Assembly: GCA_030265395.1 (NCBI GenBank) | Contig: JARFYF010000036.1 | Coordinates: 18,470,943-18,534,942, forward strand | Direction of reading: 5' to 3' | Source: Rhina ancylostomus | Taxonomy: Eukaryota | Length of the DNA: 64,000 nucleotides | Shown here: positions 26,073-37,121 of the stretch, in pieces | How positions within the stretch are numbered: the stretch's first letter is position 1 | Layout of the letters: each line of letters begins with the position of its first letter | Position numbers and translations under genes: made by a program | The notes under the pieces: generated by a model | Seen by the model: the letters and a program-made list of their open reading frames with translations, nothing else | Databases searched by the model: none | What the model was told of the DNA's origin: nothing

Positions 26073-26149
26073 GTGGAGGGGCCTGTCTGACAGGCTAGAC
26101 TTATGTATGTAGGATAAGAAAAACTGAGACAACGTGATATAAAAGGAGA

Positions 26150-27190
26150 AAATGGGAAATGCCAGAAAAGTTAAGAGGAGCAGGCAGCATCTTTGGAAAG
26201 CAAAATAATTAATTAGTCAGAAAGAGAAAAATAAGTTAGTCTGAGTATCAGCAAACTCTGGGTGAAACCAAGAGAATCTCTGTGATAGAGTGAACACACA
26301 TGGCAGATGGGATAAGGAACAACAGTTGTGTAACTTGTCACTAATGTGGGTCTGGCATACCAGGACGTGTTCAGTAAGCCAGACTATACACAGATATGAA
26401 AAAAAAATGGAGAGGCAGAAAGTGATATTTAAAGTTAGGGAATTTGATATTAAGTTCAGGAGGCTACAACATATCCGTATCAAAAATGAGCTGTTGTTCT
26501 TCAAGCTTGCATCAGGTCTCATTGTAACAGTGTAGGAGGCCACAGATGGACCAGTCGGAGTGGGAGTGGGATGGTGAATTACAATATCAGGAAGCTCAGG
26601 GTCATTCCTGCAGATTGAATGCAGATGCTCCACAATAGGCTCGCCCAATCTGTGTTTGATTTCTAGAGCACAGGCGAGGCCACGTTGTGACCTGCTTAGC
26701 ATATTCCATTTGCTGTTTTCACGACTTGCTGACTCAGTTCTTCTTATCCTACACTTAAAGCTAGCCAATCCAGCAAGCCCCATGACTTTACCATTAACAA
26801 TACATTACACAAACCTGGAAACTTAAGGTGCCAATAACTGTCCCCATTTAAGCCATTTCAACTCACCCTATCCCAGACGGAGTGTTTTCTACATATCTCT
26901 CTCTCATCTTCTNNNNNNNNNNNNNNNNNNNNNNNNNNNNNNNNNNNNNNNNNNNNNNNNNNNNNNNNNNNNNNNNNNNNNNNNNNNNNNNNNNNNNNNN
27001 NNNNNNNNNNNNCTCCCAGTGAAAACTAACTTGCATATCTCTCTTTCCCAATTCAGACAAATGGTTGCAGACTTGAAATGTAGACAGTTTCTTTTTCCAT
27101 GGATGTTGTCTGATCTGTGGATTTTTTCCAGCATTTTCCTTCTCTGTTTCAGATTTCCAGCACCTGAAGTTTTTTTTCAGATTTTCAGAC
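26150..27190 (-). mobile_element. Penelope-like element (GIY-YIG remnant on minus strand) with pLTR-like ends in inverted orientation
   Basis: ORF 26217-26783(-) contains EIKHRLGEPIVEHLHSICRNDPELP; an alternate frame gives CGLLHCYNE...CKLEEQQLIF. pLTR-like sequence at about 26155-26215 and, inverted, at 27060-27180. Confidence 0.75.
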
Positions 27191-29619
27191 TTGCCTGTTG
27201 GGTTGTTAGAAGAGCTGGAAACTCAACAACTGCTGCAGAAATCATTATCAGAGTTAATTTAATTTACGGGTACCTCTACAATTCCACTAATGTACTTTCT
27301 TTCCTTTGCATTGCAGAAACTGTAGAAATTTGAGCTACAATTAGACTAGGCTGGATTGACCTCTCTTTTATTAATGGTGAGGAAGCTTGGAAATGAGAGC
27401 CCCAATCTTCAGGATCTCTTGAATGAAAAAATATTTCATATGAAATCACATTGATACTCCCAATTCAAATCAAATGCAAAATATAATGCCAGCACCTGGA
27501 AGGCCGGAGCAGACCCTGGCACAAAACAGCTGGAAAAAACTGATTGTGAACTAAATAAACTCCGCTGCCTTTCCAGGCTGTCAAGAACATCAAATTTCTC
27601 TGAATATCCCTGATACTCAAATGCTATTATAAAGAAAACAAATCAATAAAAGACATTTAAAAAGGTTAAAAATTAAGCAACATTTAATTCACAAAAATAA
27701 TTAATAAGATTTAACATAATTCAGTTAAGTGAAACAATGTAAATTAACAAATGCTTTCCCTCCTTCCATGCAGCCATTCCTTTCTATTGAAATGATAGGG
27801 TCATAACATCCAACATGGTGTATGTTCAACGTGCAGATTCCCCACAGCAACTGCACAATAAATGTCTTCAGTTCTGTTCTGGTTCTGAACGCCATGAGGG
27901 GTTTAACATGGAGTACAGTTGGGGGAATATCTGTCTGTGCAGCCAGTGGTTTCAGGGCTTCCACATTGGGAATCCTGAATGTGATGACACAATTATGGAG
28001 AAATTCTGTGATAGCTGGTATTTCACAGCTAGTTTTGTCAATTCATTAGAGCTTCCTGGTTCCCCCAATGCACCCACCAGTTAATTTCCTGTTGTAATTA
28101 AAAAAAAACTTCAAAATGAGATGCACACTTCTTGTTACCATTAAAATTAATGGGCTACATCTTGCAAGTGTCCATTTGACTAAAAGGGGTGCCAGTTAGT
28201 GTTCAGCCTAAATTTCATCCCTAATTTTCTTTCAATTAAATTGATTTCATTCAAATGAATGTACAAAACTGAGATCTTTCTCGAATTAATTTCCCTATCT
28301 CATGCAGCGTTGCCAACTTTAACTCTATGGTTTTGTCCTGTTTATCCGAGCAGCAAAATATTACTGTGCAAATGTCAGATTTTTAGGGCAGTTCTGTGAA
28401 GTCTCCTGCACTGACCCCATTATGCTATGGATGTGATTTCTCAGTGGTGCCAAACTAAGATATACGAATCCATTACACAGCACAAATGAGACTTCAGTGC
28501 ACTGGAAAAAAAAACAAATGGACCTCAACAGCCTTTTCCACTGATAAATATTTCTCAATACTTAAACTGCCAACAGTATTTCTGTAACTTAAAGTTGAAT
28601 CGCAGACCTTATAAATCTATGGGGTGGAGGGAGGGGAGGGGTAAATTGGTTAGCACTGGAAAAGGGTGCTGGAATCACAATGCACAAGTAAACCACATCC
28701 ATTGGAACTGGAGCTGAATGCACACAATAGATCTGCTGTCATTTTATCATCATAGTTTCAGCAGCCTGCCACTACAAGTTGCCAGGCAGATGCTATGGAT
28801 ATCAACAATGGACGAAAGTGGCGTGGAGGATGAGAGAGGATCACTTCAGTAACACCCTTCCCTCTCTCTTGCATAAGCTGAACTAGCAGCCATAAATTGG
28901 TAAGGATATCATTGGCTGCCGTATCTCACCCAATTCACAAAGGAGAGTGTGCTGGTCAGTATTGGGAGCATCCATCATGAAGTCATTGAAGATTAAAATA
29001 TGATTAATTTGCAGTTGAACATCGCTGCCTCTTTCAGTATTTTGGTAGTTGTTTATCCCATTGGGAGATCATGTGGAAATGAATTAGTTAACACTACAAA
29101 GTATCAAATCAAAGGCCTATCATCCAATTCATGATGCAAAACTGTAAAATCTCACATGTTCAATGTTTTGTTCCATGGCAGTACTAATTCTTCCGTAAGG
29201 ATATCTGTATAAAATCTAAAAATAGAAAAATCCATCACAGACTAATATTTTAATCATTTTGCAAATGGCCAGTGTTCAATGTGCAGTACTAATTTTTAGA
29301 AACTCCAATAGTGAAAACAAATTTAGTTCTGAGTCATGGAAATGACAAATGAACCTCAGTTTAGATAAATGTGGAAGAGTTTCTTGGTGAGAAAAAGAAG
29401 CTAAAAAAGGGAGACAAATAGGTGAGCACTGGAAACAGATGTGGATTGATGGACAATGTCTACTGTATTTTAGGCTGGTGGATAAATGTGTGTATTAGCA
29501 AGGGACTATTATCTAACAGTCACAGTTGCCACTCAGAGGCAATCTTCACCCTTTAATAGTGCAAGATATGGTGCGGGATATTTGTAAAAGCATTTTGGAC
29601 TTTGATATGCAAAGAAATG

Positions 29620-30770
29620 GATGAACACATAAGAGGACATACAACATGGTTTGTAAAAATACTCTGGATCTCTCAGTGAGAAAATAGGAGAGGTGTTCTA
29701 CATTCACAGAAGGTCCTTCAGACACATAACTAGAAGGCAATGGCTGAGGTCAAAGGTACATGCATTTTTTCAAGAACATGCATGAAGCACAGAAAGAAGT
29801 TATTAAATTTTACACAGGTTATCAAGTGAGTTCATCTTCATTCAGCATTTCCTACCATCTTCACAGCCAGCTTCACTCTCTGCTCAATTCTCTAATATAT
29901 CCACATTTTACCTTTCACTTAGATGAGTGCTCAAGCCTTCGATTCATGTTGCTTACCTCATTCTCACTTGACAGATTTACTCACCTCACACATATTGGCA
30001 TTTATTATCACCATGGCAGCCAGATCACCCCGGCTCACAATGACATAATATAGTGAAAGATTAGATGGTGGCTAAAGGCAATAAAAATGATCTAAAGGAG
30101 CAAAATCAGGACTGTGTGCTTTAATCCGCACTGAAAAGGATATTGGTGGTCATCATGGGAGGGACATTGCTGAGGTTGTTGCCTCTGGCAGGGATCAAGC
30201 TATCAATGATGAAGACATCTGCATTCCAAGTTGTCCTTCCCTTATTCCACTTCTCCTAGAATCACCAGCTTCTTTGGAATTAGACAATATATAGTTCAAG
30301 CACACACTTCTCATATTAACCTCTCCAATCATCATATCTTATTCTGATGCACAAGATAAGAGACTTTCCCAGTAATTGAAGCAAAAGGGAAGAAGATAGT
30401 GAAAGGATATCATTACGCAATCCTACATTCTCAGCCACTAACTCATATACCAGGAAATAATACATGTGGTGTAGAGCTATTTCAGAGGCAGAGCAGGGGG
30501 AAAGGTTGCATATTGGTTCTGCTACAGTGGGGTCAGATGAGGACTTTGATGGGCCATGCAGTAGAAGACTGATCATTGTATATAACTAAGTGTTTGATGC
30601 CTTGAAAGGATTGTCAGAAAGTCTGCACGATGTGTGAAAGTGGAGGGAGGAATTTCACAACATTTTTCACAGGAACATGTGCAGAACTTGAAGCTCATCT
30701 CTGCCAACGTGGAACAGATGCTCACCTCCATCGGCACACCCGTGCGGCACATTGTTTGGTGTGGCAGCTA
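29620..30770 (+). pseudogene. Fossil Myb/SANT-like (trihelix) gene of a PIF/Harbinger transposon, with intron remnants
   Basis: RRGVL..., RSFRHITRRQW, RTCMKHRKKLLNFTQVI then gtgagt at 29826 (cf. RT..QC.KK..DL). Next block ILVVIMG / DIAEVVASGRDQAINDED at about 30140-30216; third block EDFDGPCSRRLIIVYN*VFDALKGLSESL...QNLKLISANVEQMLTSI at about 30538-30732. Stops and frameshifts present. Confidence 0.6.
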
Positions 30771-32499
30771 ATCTTTGACTAGAATTTGAGAGGAAGAGTA
30801 GAAGGATATTTACCTACCCCAATCTATTGACTCAAACTGATTTCCGAGACGTGTCAGCTGCACAGGTTTTAATTCAGCGGGTATTTCCTCAGAACTCTTC
30901 TTATTCAGCCATTGTAACTGTGCTGAAAATAGTTTGGAGAATTTTTTATTGTTTCCACATTCCCTTATTTCCTGAAGATCTAAATTCAAGCAAGGTCGAG
31001 TTCTATCTATAAGCCATAAACACAGCCAAACCCCTTTCGATTTTAACTCAACATCGCACGATCCTGCAGGCACTGGATCAATAAATAATCAATGTCAGGA
31101 ATCTTAGCCAAATTTCTCCCTGAATATCCAAGGAAGAGAGGGATCAAGTATTAATGCATTAACCTGAGACCCAAATTGAACCCATCATGCAGGCTGAAGG
31201 ATTAAGCCTATGTCACTTCCAATAAAAGCAAAGTTGAAAACCTCCTATACTTAATTTTGTAACTCACTGTGATATCAGCGCTCAAATTTGTATGAAACTA
31301 AAACCAGAGGCAAAGCAGAACCACGTAACCAGAGTGTAAACGGCTATTGCACACAAATTATATTATTGTATTCTATGGGAGCGGGAGATTCAAGGCAAAA
31401 CCAATCATGGTAGGTCAAGAGTTCTTGGCACGGAAGGACTGGAGGTTGAGGAACAGAGCTTTCTGTAAATCAGAAATTTAAAGTGTGTTCCTTTTCTCCT
31501 TCATTCTACCCATCAACACCTGCACTTGTTTCTGACTGTTTCTCACAAGGTCAGACCATGAAAGCTTCTGGATCAGCATCAAAGCCACAGCTGGTTCCCC
31601 AATGTCCTGCAGGGAAGGGAAGCTGCCACCTCATCCCCCAGGGTGATACACAGCACAAGTCACCACATATCCTGAGAACAAAAATCAAAACAGCTTCTCA
31701 ACAGTATTTTAAACTCGAAATCATTTGAGATGATTGTGTGCAATAAAAGCATTTACTCAGCTAAGAATATTACCAAGAACATGTGCAGCAGGAACAATAT
31801 ATGGCAACTGGGTTCAATGTTTTATTCAATTTTGGCCATATTTTCATTGGGTTTACTTCTTGAAATAAATCTCAGTGAGATGGTTAAAATATTATAATTA
31901 CTTTGACAATAAAACTAAGTATTTCCATTGAGGAAACTTCATGTGAATAAAATAAGGAGAAAACATCAATAAATCCAACCACACGTGTTCATTTAATACT
32001 GGTGACACAAAGCATGCCACAATTATTATCAGATAATCTCAGCCACATGCCCCTGCCAGGTAACGCAATCAACAGAAAAGACAGCAATAGAAAATTATAA
32101 AATAGCTGAAATAAGTATAGAGAAACAAATGTGAATATAAGGCTATCTATCTTCCTGCCTGTGTTTTCACATTGTTTTGAGTCCTGCTTTCCAATGTAGT
32201 TTTTTCATAGGCACCAGACTTTTCCTCTTTCTTGGTGTCCATCTTGAAGTCATAAAGTCATAGCCTTTGACCATCCCTCATTAGACTGTTGATAATTCTT
32301 ACAATACTGCCTTGATTGTCTTCCATCTCTCTAGCCATTGTCTGGCAATGCTGGATTTGGCTGACATGAATAAGTCCATCCATGCTGTGACATCTGCCAC
32401 AGTATCTGAATTGCCTCTGTATGGCAGTATAGTCCTCCTCTTAAACATCCAACTCAGTCTGTGCTTGGTGCAGGCTATTCAGCAACACTGCAAACATTA

Positions 32500-32982
32500 A
32501 AAGCCTCATAGATACTCAGCTCTTCTTCATAACCTGTGCAATTACCTCTGAAGCTCAATACCATCCAGGATAAGGCAGGCCATCTGCTTGGCTTCCTATC
32601 ACCAACCTTATACATTCATTCCTAACACCAGCATGAACAACATAAGTTGTAGTTATTCAGCTGGGCTATTCTGGCTGCACTTTCTAACCAAAAAAACCAT
32701 TTACACCAAGGAAGGGCAAGAACAAAAAGCACTTGGAAATAATACCACCTGCGCGTTTCCTAATTTTGCACACCATCCTGACTTGGAAATCTGTCACCAG
32801 TCCTTCATTGCCATTGGGTCTAAATACTGGAACTCTGTCTGCAATAGCTTTGTGGAATACCTTCATCTTAAGGACTGCAATGGTTCAAGAAGGTGGCTTA
32901 CCACCACCTTCACAAGAGAAAATAGGGAGGGGAAATTAATACAGTCCTTATCAGTGATGCCCAGATACCAAACTATGAATAA
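32500..32982 (+). mobile_element. CR1/L2-group LINE 3' end (same family as 14290-14710)
   Basis: gaagctcaataccatccaggataaggcaggccatctgcttggc...caccatcctgacttggaaatctgtcacc...ggactgcaatggttcaagaaggtggcttaccaccacctt...atgaataa. Confidence 0.75.
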
Positions 32983-33489
32983 NNNNNNNNNNATGAATAA
33001 ACATTTTTTTAATTAACGAAGTAATAGAGAAATTACAAAATCATTTCAAACCAGTGCTATTAGAAGTTGTGGAATATTATAATTTTTGAACCTGTGGAAA
33101 GAGATCTGGAGAGAATATTTATATCTGTACTGGAGGTCTGAAAAATCAGTCCCAGCATTGTAACTTTAGTCTATCTGGTTTGAGTATTAAGAAGGAAACG
33201 TGAGTGTTCTAATGGAAGAGCATATCCAGTCCAAGTTACTCAACACTCAAGATCTAATATTTGAATGGATGTGTAAGACAGCTTTATGTATGGAAATAGG
33301 TCTTCAAAAATGTGAAGGATTGTTTGTATGCCACCAGTGGTGATAAAAAGAAAATCACTGATTTCAGAATTAGACTAAAAATTAATTATCATTGCATCAA
33401 CATGAATATTGACATAGCCGCTGATTTTTCTATCATGGGAAGAGAAACACATAACCAGAAACCCTTTAAAATTAAGAACATTGAGGTCA

Positions 33490-33800
33490 TGAGACTATTA
33501 GGATAAATGGAGCATGCAGTCCTCAATGAGGGGCAAATGGCAGGTTACTGATTATATGGCTGATTATGTTAATTAACTGTTTCTATAAGAGTTGAATGTT
33601 ATAAAAGGAATGCTTGGCTATAGTAATTATGAAGATATTGGCTAGAGCCAATCTGTCAATTGGAATAGCATTACAAAAGATATTGAAGGTTTGGTCAGTG
33701 GATGTACAGTATGTCAAGGTGACAGAATGCAAGCTCCTGAAGCGCACTCCAGGTATGGAAGTACCATACACAACTATTTCAGTCAGTCCATATTGGAAGA
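33490..33800 (+). mobile_element. Ty3/Gypsy integrase zinc-binding (HHCC) region fossil
   Basis: IVIMKILARA (33620-33649), then frameshifted WNSITKDIEGLVSGCTVCQ (33661-33717), then WKYHTQLFQSVHIG. Matches Gypsy GIVKMKALARSYVWWP..D.DIE..V..C..CQ...W.WP..PW.RVHID. Confidence 0.75.
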
Positions 33801-36189
33801 TGTGATTTAGCACCTGAAGATCATGTACTACCACAGAACATAAGATCTATGTCAAATAATTCACAACGAGCAATGAAATAACACACCATTTTACTTTACT
33901 TCACCACCCAACTTCAAATGGGAATGCAGGAAGATCAGACGGATTGGTCAAAGAGGCAGTGAGGAAATGAGTTATGGGAGGCTGATCAAGCATTACCATG
34001 AAATATTGACTCTCAGCATTTCTCCTAAGTATAAGGTAATGCCACTCTTCACAAAGGAATTTACTGCAGGTGAAAGTTAAATGAAGTGAAAACTCATAAT
34101 GCGTTTAAGTCTAATCCAACCTAGTTTGGAAGGGAAAGATTTGGAAAGCATTTAAGACAGGGAAAACACCAGAAAAAAAAGCCACAAGATAAATTAATAT
34201 TGGTTGTGAATAATAATTGTTATATTAAGGTCATCATTACTTCAAGGATTAGATCATGCGACATTACTTTCTGTGCATTAGCATTATTTTCTAAGAATTT
34301 CAGACAGTTGTAATGAGCCCTTAAACAAACAGTCTAATATTCTTTGAGTTCCATAGGTCTTCAAAGAAATTCATTACAGGTTAAGAATTCACTGCACATG
34401 CATACATTATACTAGGGTATTTTGTATACTTTAACTGCTCTGCTCATTGTTAGCAATGTTTTTCTGCTTCTGATTTTCTGATTTCTCCTTCAACCTGTCT
34501 GAATGATTCTGATTAAATGTCCTCGAGATTAAGTGTGACGTATTATGAAGAACTTAGAAAAGTCAAATACCAGCTCTTCAACAAATGTGTGTGGTGATAA
34601 GAATACAGGAACAAACAATTTTAGAATACCAAAAAATTAAAACTCCTTAACAACCTCCTTTATATAGGCATTTTTCTTGGATTCTTTATTGTACTCCTTT
34701 TTGGTTGTAGAATGATACAGAAGATGAATTTCTCATATAATTAGAACAAACCTTAAACATCATTAAGTAAATGCATGTGTGAATACAGCTTTGATTTATA
34801 ATTCCATTGTTTTTATGTAAATCATATTCTCTCATTGATATTGCACTAACAGAAGGATTGCTCACATTATTGTTGAGTACCAGTTTTACTGAGTTCGTGC
34901 AACATTCTTTTGTCTGGAGCCTATTACTAATTATTCTGAGAATTATTAGAAAGTTCTAACTACTTTCTAATGTATCTTATTTCGAAGCTGTCATATTTGT
35001 GGTCCAAACTTGCCTTTTAAAACTTATTATCTGAATATTTTTTTCTACTTTTCTTCCTTTCCACCAATCTCCCACCAACCATCCATAAACTCATTTCCCT
35101 ATAAGCCTCGGTAACCTCTGCAGACATTAGGTTTCTATCCACCTGTGACCCAGTTTTAAAATTTGCATTCTCATTTGCAGAACCCAGCATATCTTTGCCA
35201 ACTCTTATACATATAATCTCCAAATGTATAACCTTTCCCTAAAAATTGTTTGTTTCAATCTGCAACAGCCAGTCATGGAGCATGGAAATGGAATAATTGC
35301 AAACAAATCAACACTTACCAAAAGCATCCTTGTCACTAACAAGCATCCATCATAGATCCACTTCTACCAGTGTTGCAACATGAATCCTTTGGTTTATGGT
35401 CTACTATTCTCTTCTCAAATCTCTCCATCTTTCTCTACTCTTTTGATGTAGCTTTATACCTGTCTCTGCCCTAATGTCCCCTTCTTTAGTTTGGTGTTAG
35501 CTTTTGCTTCTGAAGCACTTCAAGATGTGTTAATACATTATGGGCATTTTATAAGTGCGAGTTGTTTTTCTGCAGCTACAAGCAATGCACTCCATCAAAT
35601 GGCTGCATTTCAACCATCTGTATTAACAGGTTACTCAGCTATGGAGCCAAACATTATAACAAAATCTAAGTCCAGTCCTGCTCTGGATTGACATTTGCAC
35701 ATGCATCCTTCCTGACAGATGTGACTGGAGAGCAATCAAGAATGGGAACCTTGGTTACCTTTAAATTTAATCTTCCTCGCCACAGGACCACTCAGGACAA
35801 TAAAAGTGGCCTGATGTCTCCCCTAAGGTCAGCTAATTCAATGTAGCCTAAAATAAAATGCAAAACCTTACTGGTATTTCCAACAATGAGCAAGTGTACA
35901 GCTAACTGGTAGTTTAAAAGTTTTTGAATTCTAATGAGAGTAGACGATAAGAATTACCTAAACATATACATAGTCTTTGCTTGTGCTGACAGTTAATATT
36001 AACTAGCTGTACTTATCTATTTTTAAGCAGTATAGATGAAACAAAACTGAGGAGGTACCTTTGCAGTGTTGTGCAATTTATTTTGGTGTTAAAACCCAAA
36101 GCATTAAAACTCCAAGGTGCAAGCTAATTCTGATTAAAAAAAGGCTGTGTAACTTTGTGCTATTTGCCTTCTGTATTTTAGTAAATCAG

Positions 36190-36540
36190 GTGAAGCAGAA
36201 AAAGGCCATTCAGCCTATTAAGTACATGCCAACTCACAGCAGAGCAATCCCATCAGTCCCATTCTTTCTCTCCTTATTTCCCTGTTGTCCTGCATCTTAT
36301 TCTGTCTCACATGCCCATCAAATCCCCTCTGATTCACAAACCTACAGAAAGGAGTAACTTGCAATAACCAATTAACCTCACAGCATGTCTTTGGAATATG
36401 CATGGAAGTCAGAGCATGTGATGGAAATCTACATGGTCACAGTAAGAACAGCAAGGTCCATACAGACAGCACCCAAGGTCACAATCAAATCTGGGTACAT
36501 GGGGCTGTGATGAAATAGCATTAATTGCTGCACCACCATG
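36190..36540 (-). mobile_element. V-SINE with CR1-type tail (HE1-like)
   Basis: Reverse CR1 tail aaaaggccattcagcct; V core gcatgtctttggaatatgcatggaagtcagagcatgtgatggaaatctacatggtcacagtaagaac; head acagacagcacccaaggtcacaatcaaatctggg...gctgcaccaccatg. Confidence 0.75.
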
Positions 36541-36597
36541 TTATCTGACAAAAGTAAACAGAAAGTTGAGGAAACCAAAATCAGGCATTCACATTAT

Positions 36598-36682
36598 AAG
36601 AAAATGCTGGAAACACTGAGCAGGTCAGCCAGCATCTGTGGAAAAGAAAACAGAGTTAATACTTCAGGAAGGCAGACCTCTT
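36598..36682 (-). mobile_element. Penelope pLTR fragment
   Basis: aaaatgctggaaacactgagcaggtcagccagcatctgtggaaaagaaaacagagttaatacttcagg. Confidence 0.75.
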
Positions 36683-36736
36683 AAACATCCCATGAGCTAA
36701 ATAATCTGTGCTCATTTTGATGCTAAATTTATATTG

Positions 36737-37121
36737 TGTCATGGTTCTGAGTACTGGCCCTTGATTTGGCCCCTTAGGTGCCTTGTTGTACAGCACATGG
36801 ATTCCATGTTGGAATGATTGTATAATGACACTCACCTGAGCCCCATCAGGGACCTAACATAAGTACCTGTGTTTCTCTAGCACTAGTTGCCAGAGTATTG
36901 GTCTACCTTTAGCTCCTAACTGCTTAGAGTGGGCTACTCTAGAACAGTCCTGTGTTCTCTATTCCTTTTTGAAGATCCAGTTTGTGCTGGGATTCCTCTT
37001 CAGATCTCTGAGGCAAGATTCCTTCCAGTTGCTGCCTGAGGAAGTATCCTGACTCCAGTCTTATATCAGTGTGCTGTATTTGGGTTCTCTGCGAGCTCGC
37101 TCTTTGCTCAACATTGTGACA
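36737..37121 (+). mobile_element. Complete solo LTR (385 bp) with 5-bp TSD
   Basis: TGTCA...TGACA termini; perfect TSD TATTG at 36732-36736 and 37122-37126; no ORF; homologous copies at 13732, 25468 and 25877. Strand is relative, since transcription direction is not established. Confidence 0.9.

Noticed and set aside
32975-33000. atgaataa repeated on both sides of a 10-N gap
   Set aside because: LINE tail microsatellite or contig overlap.
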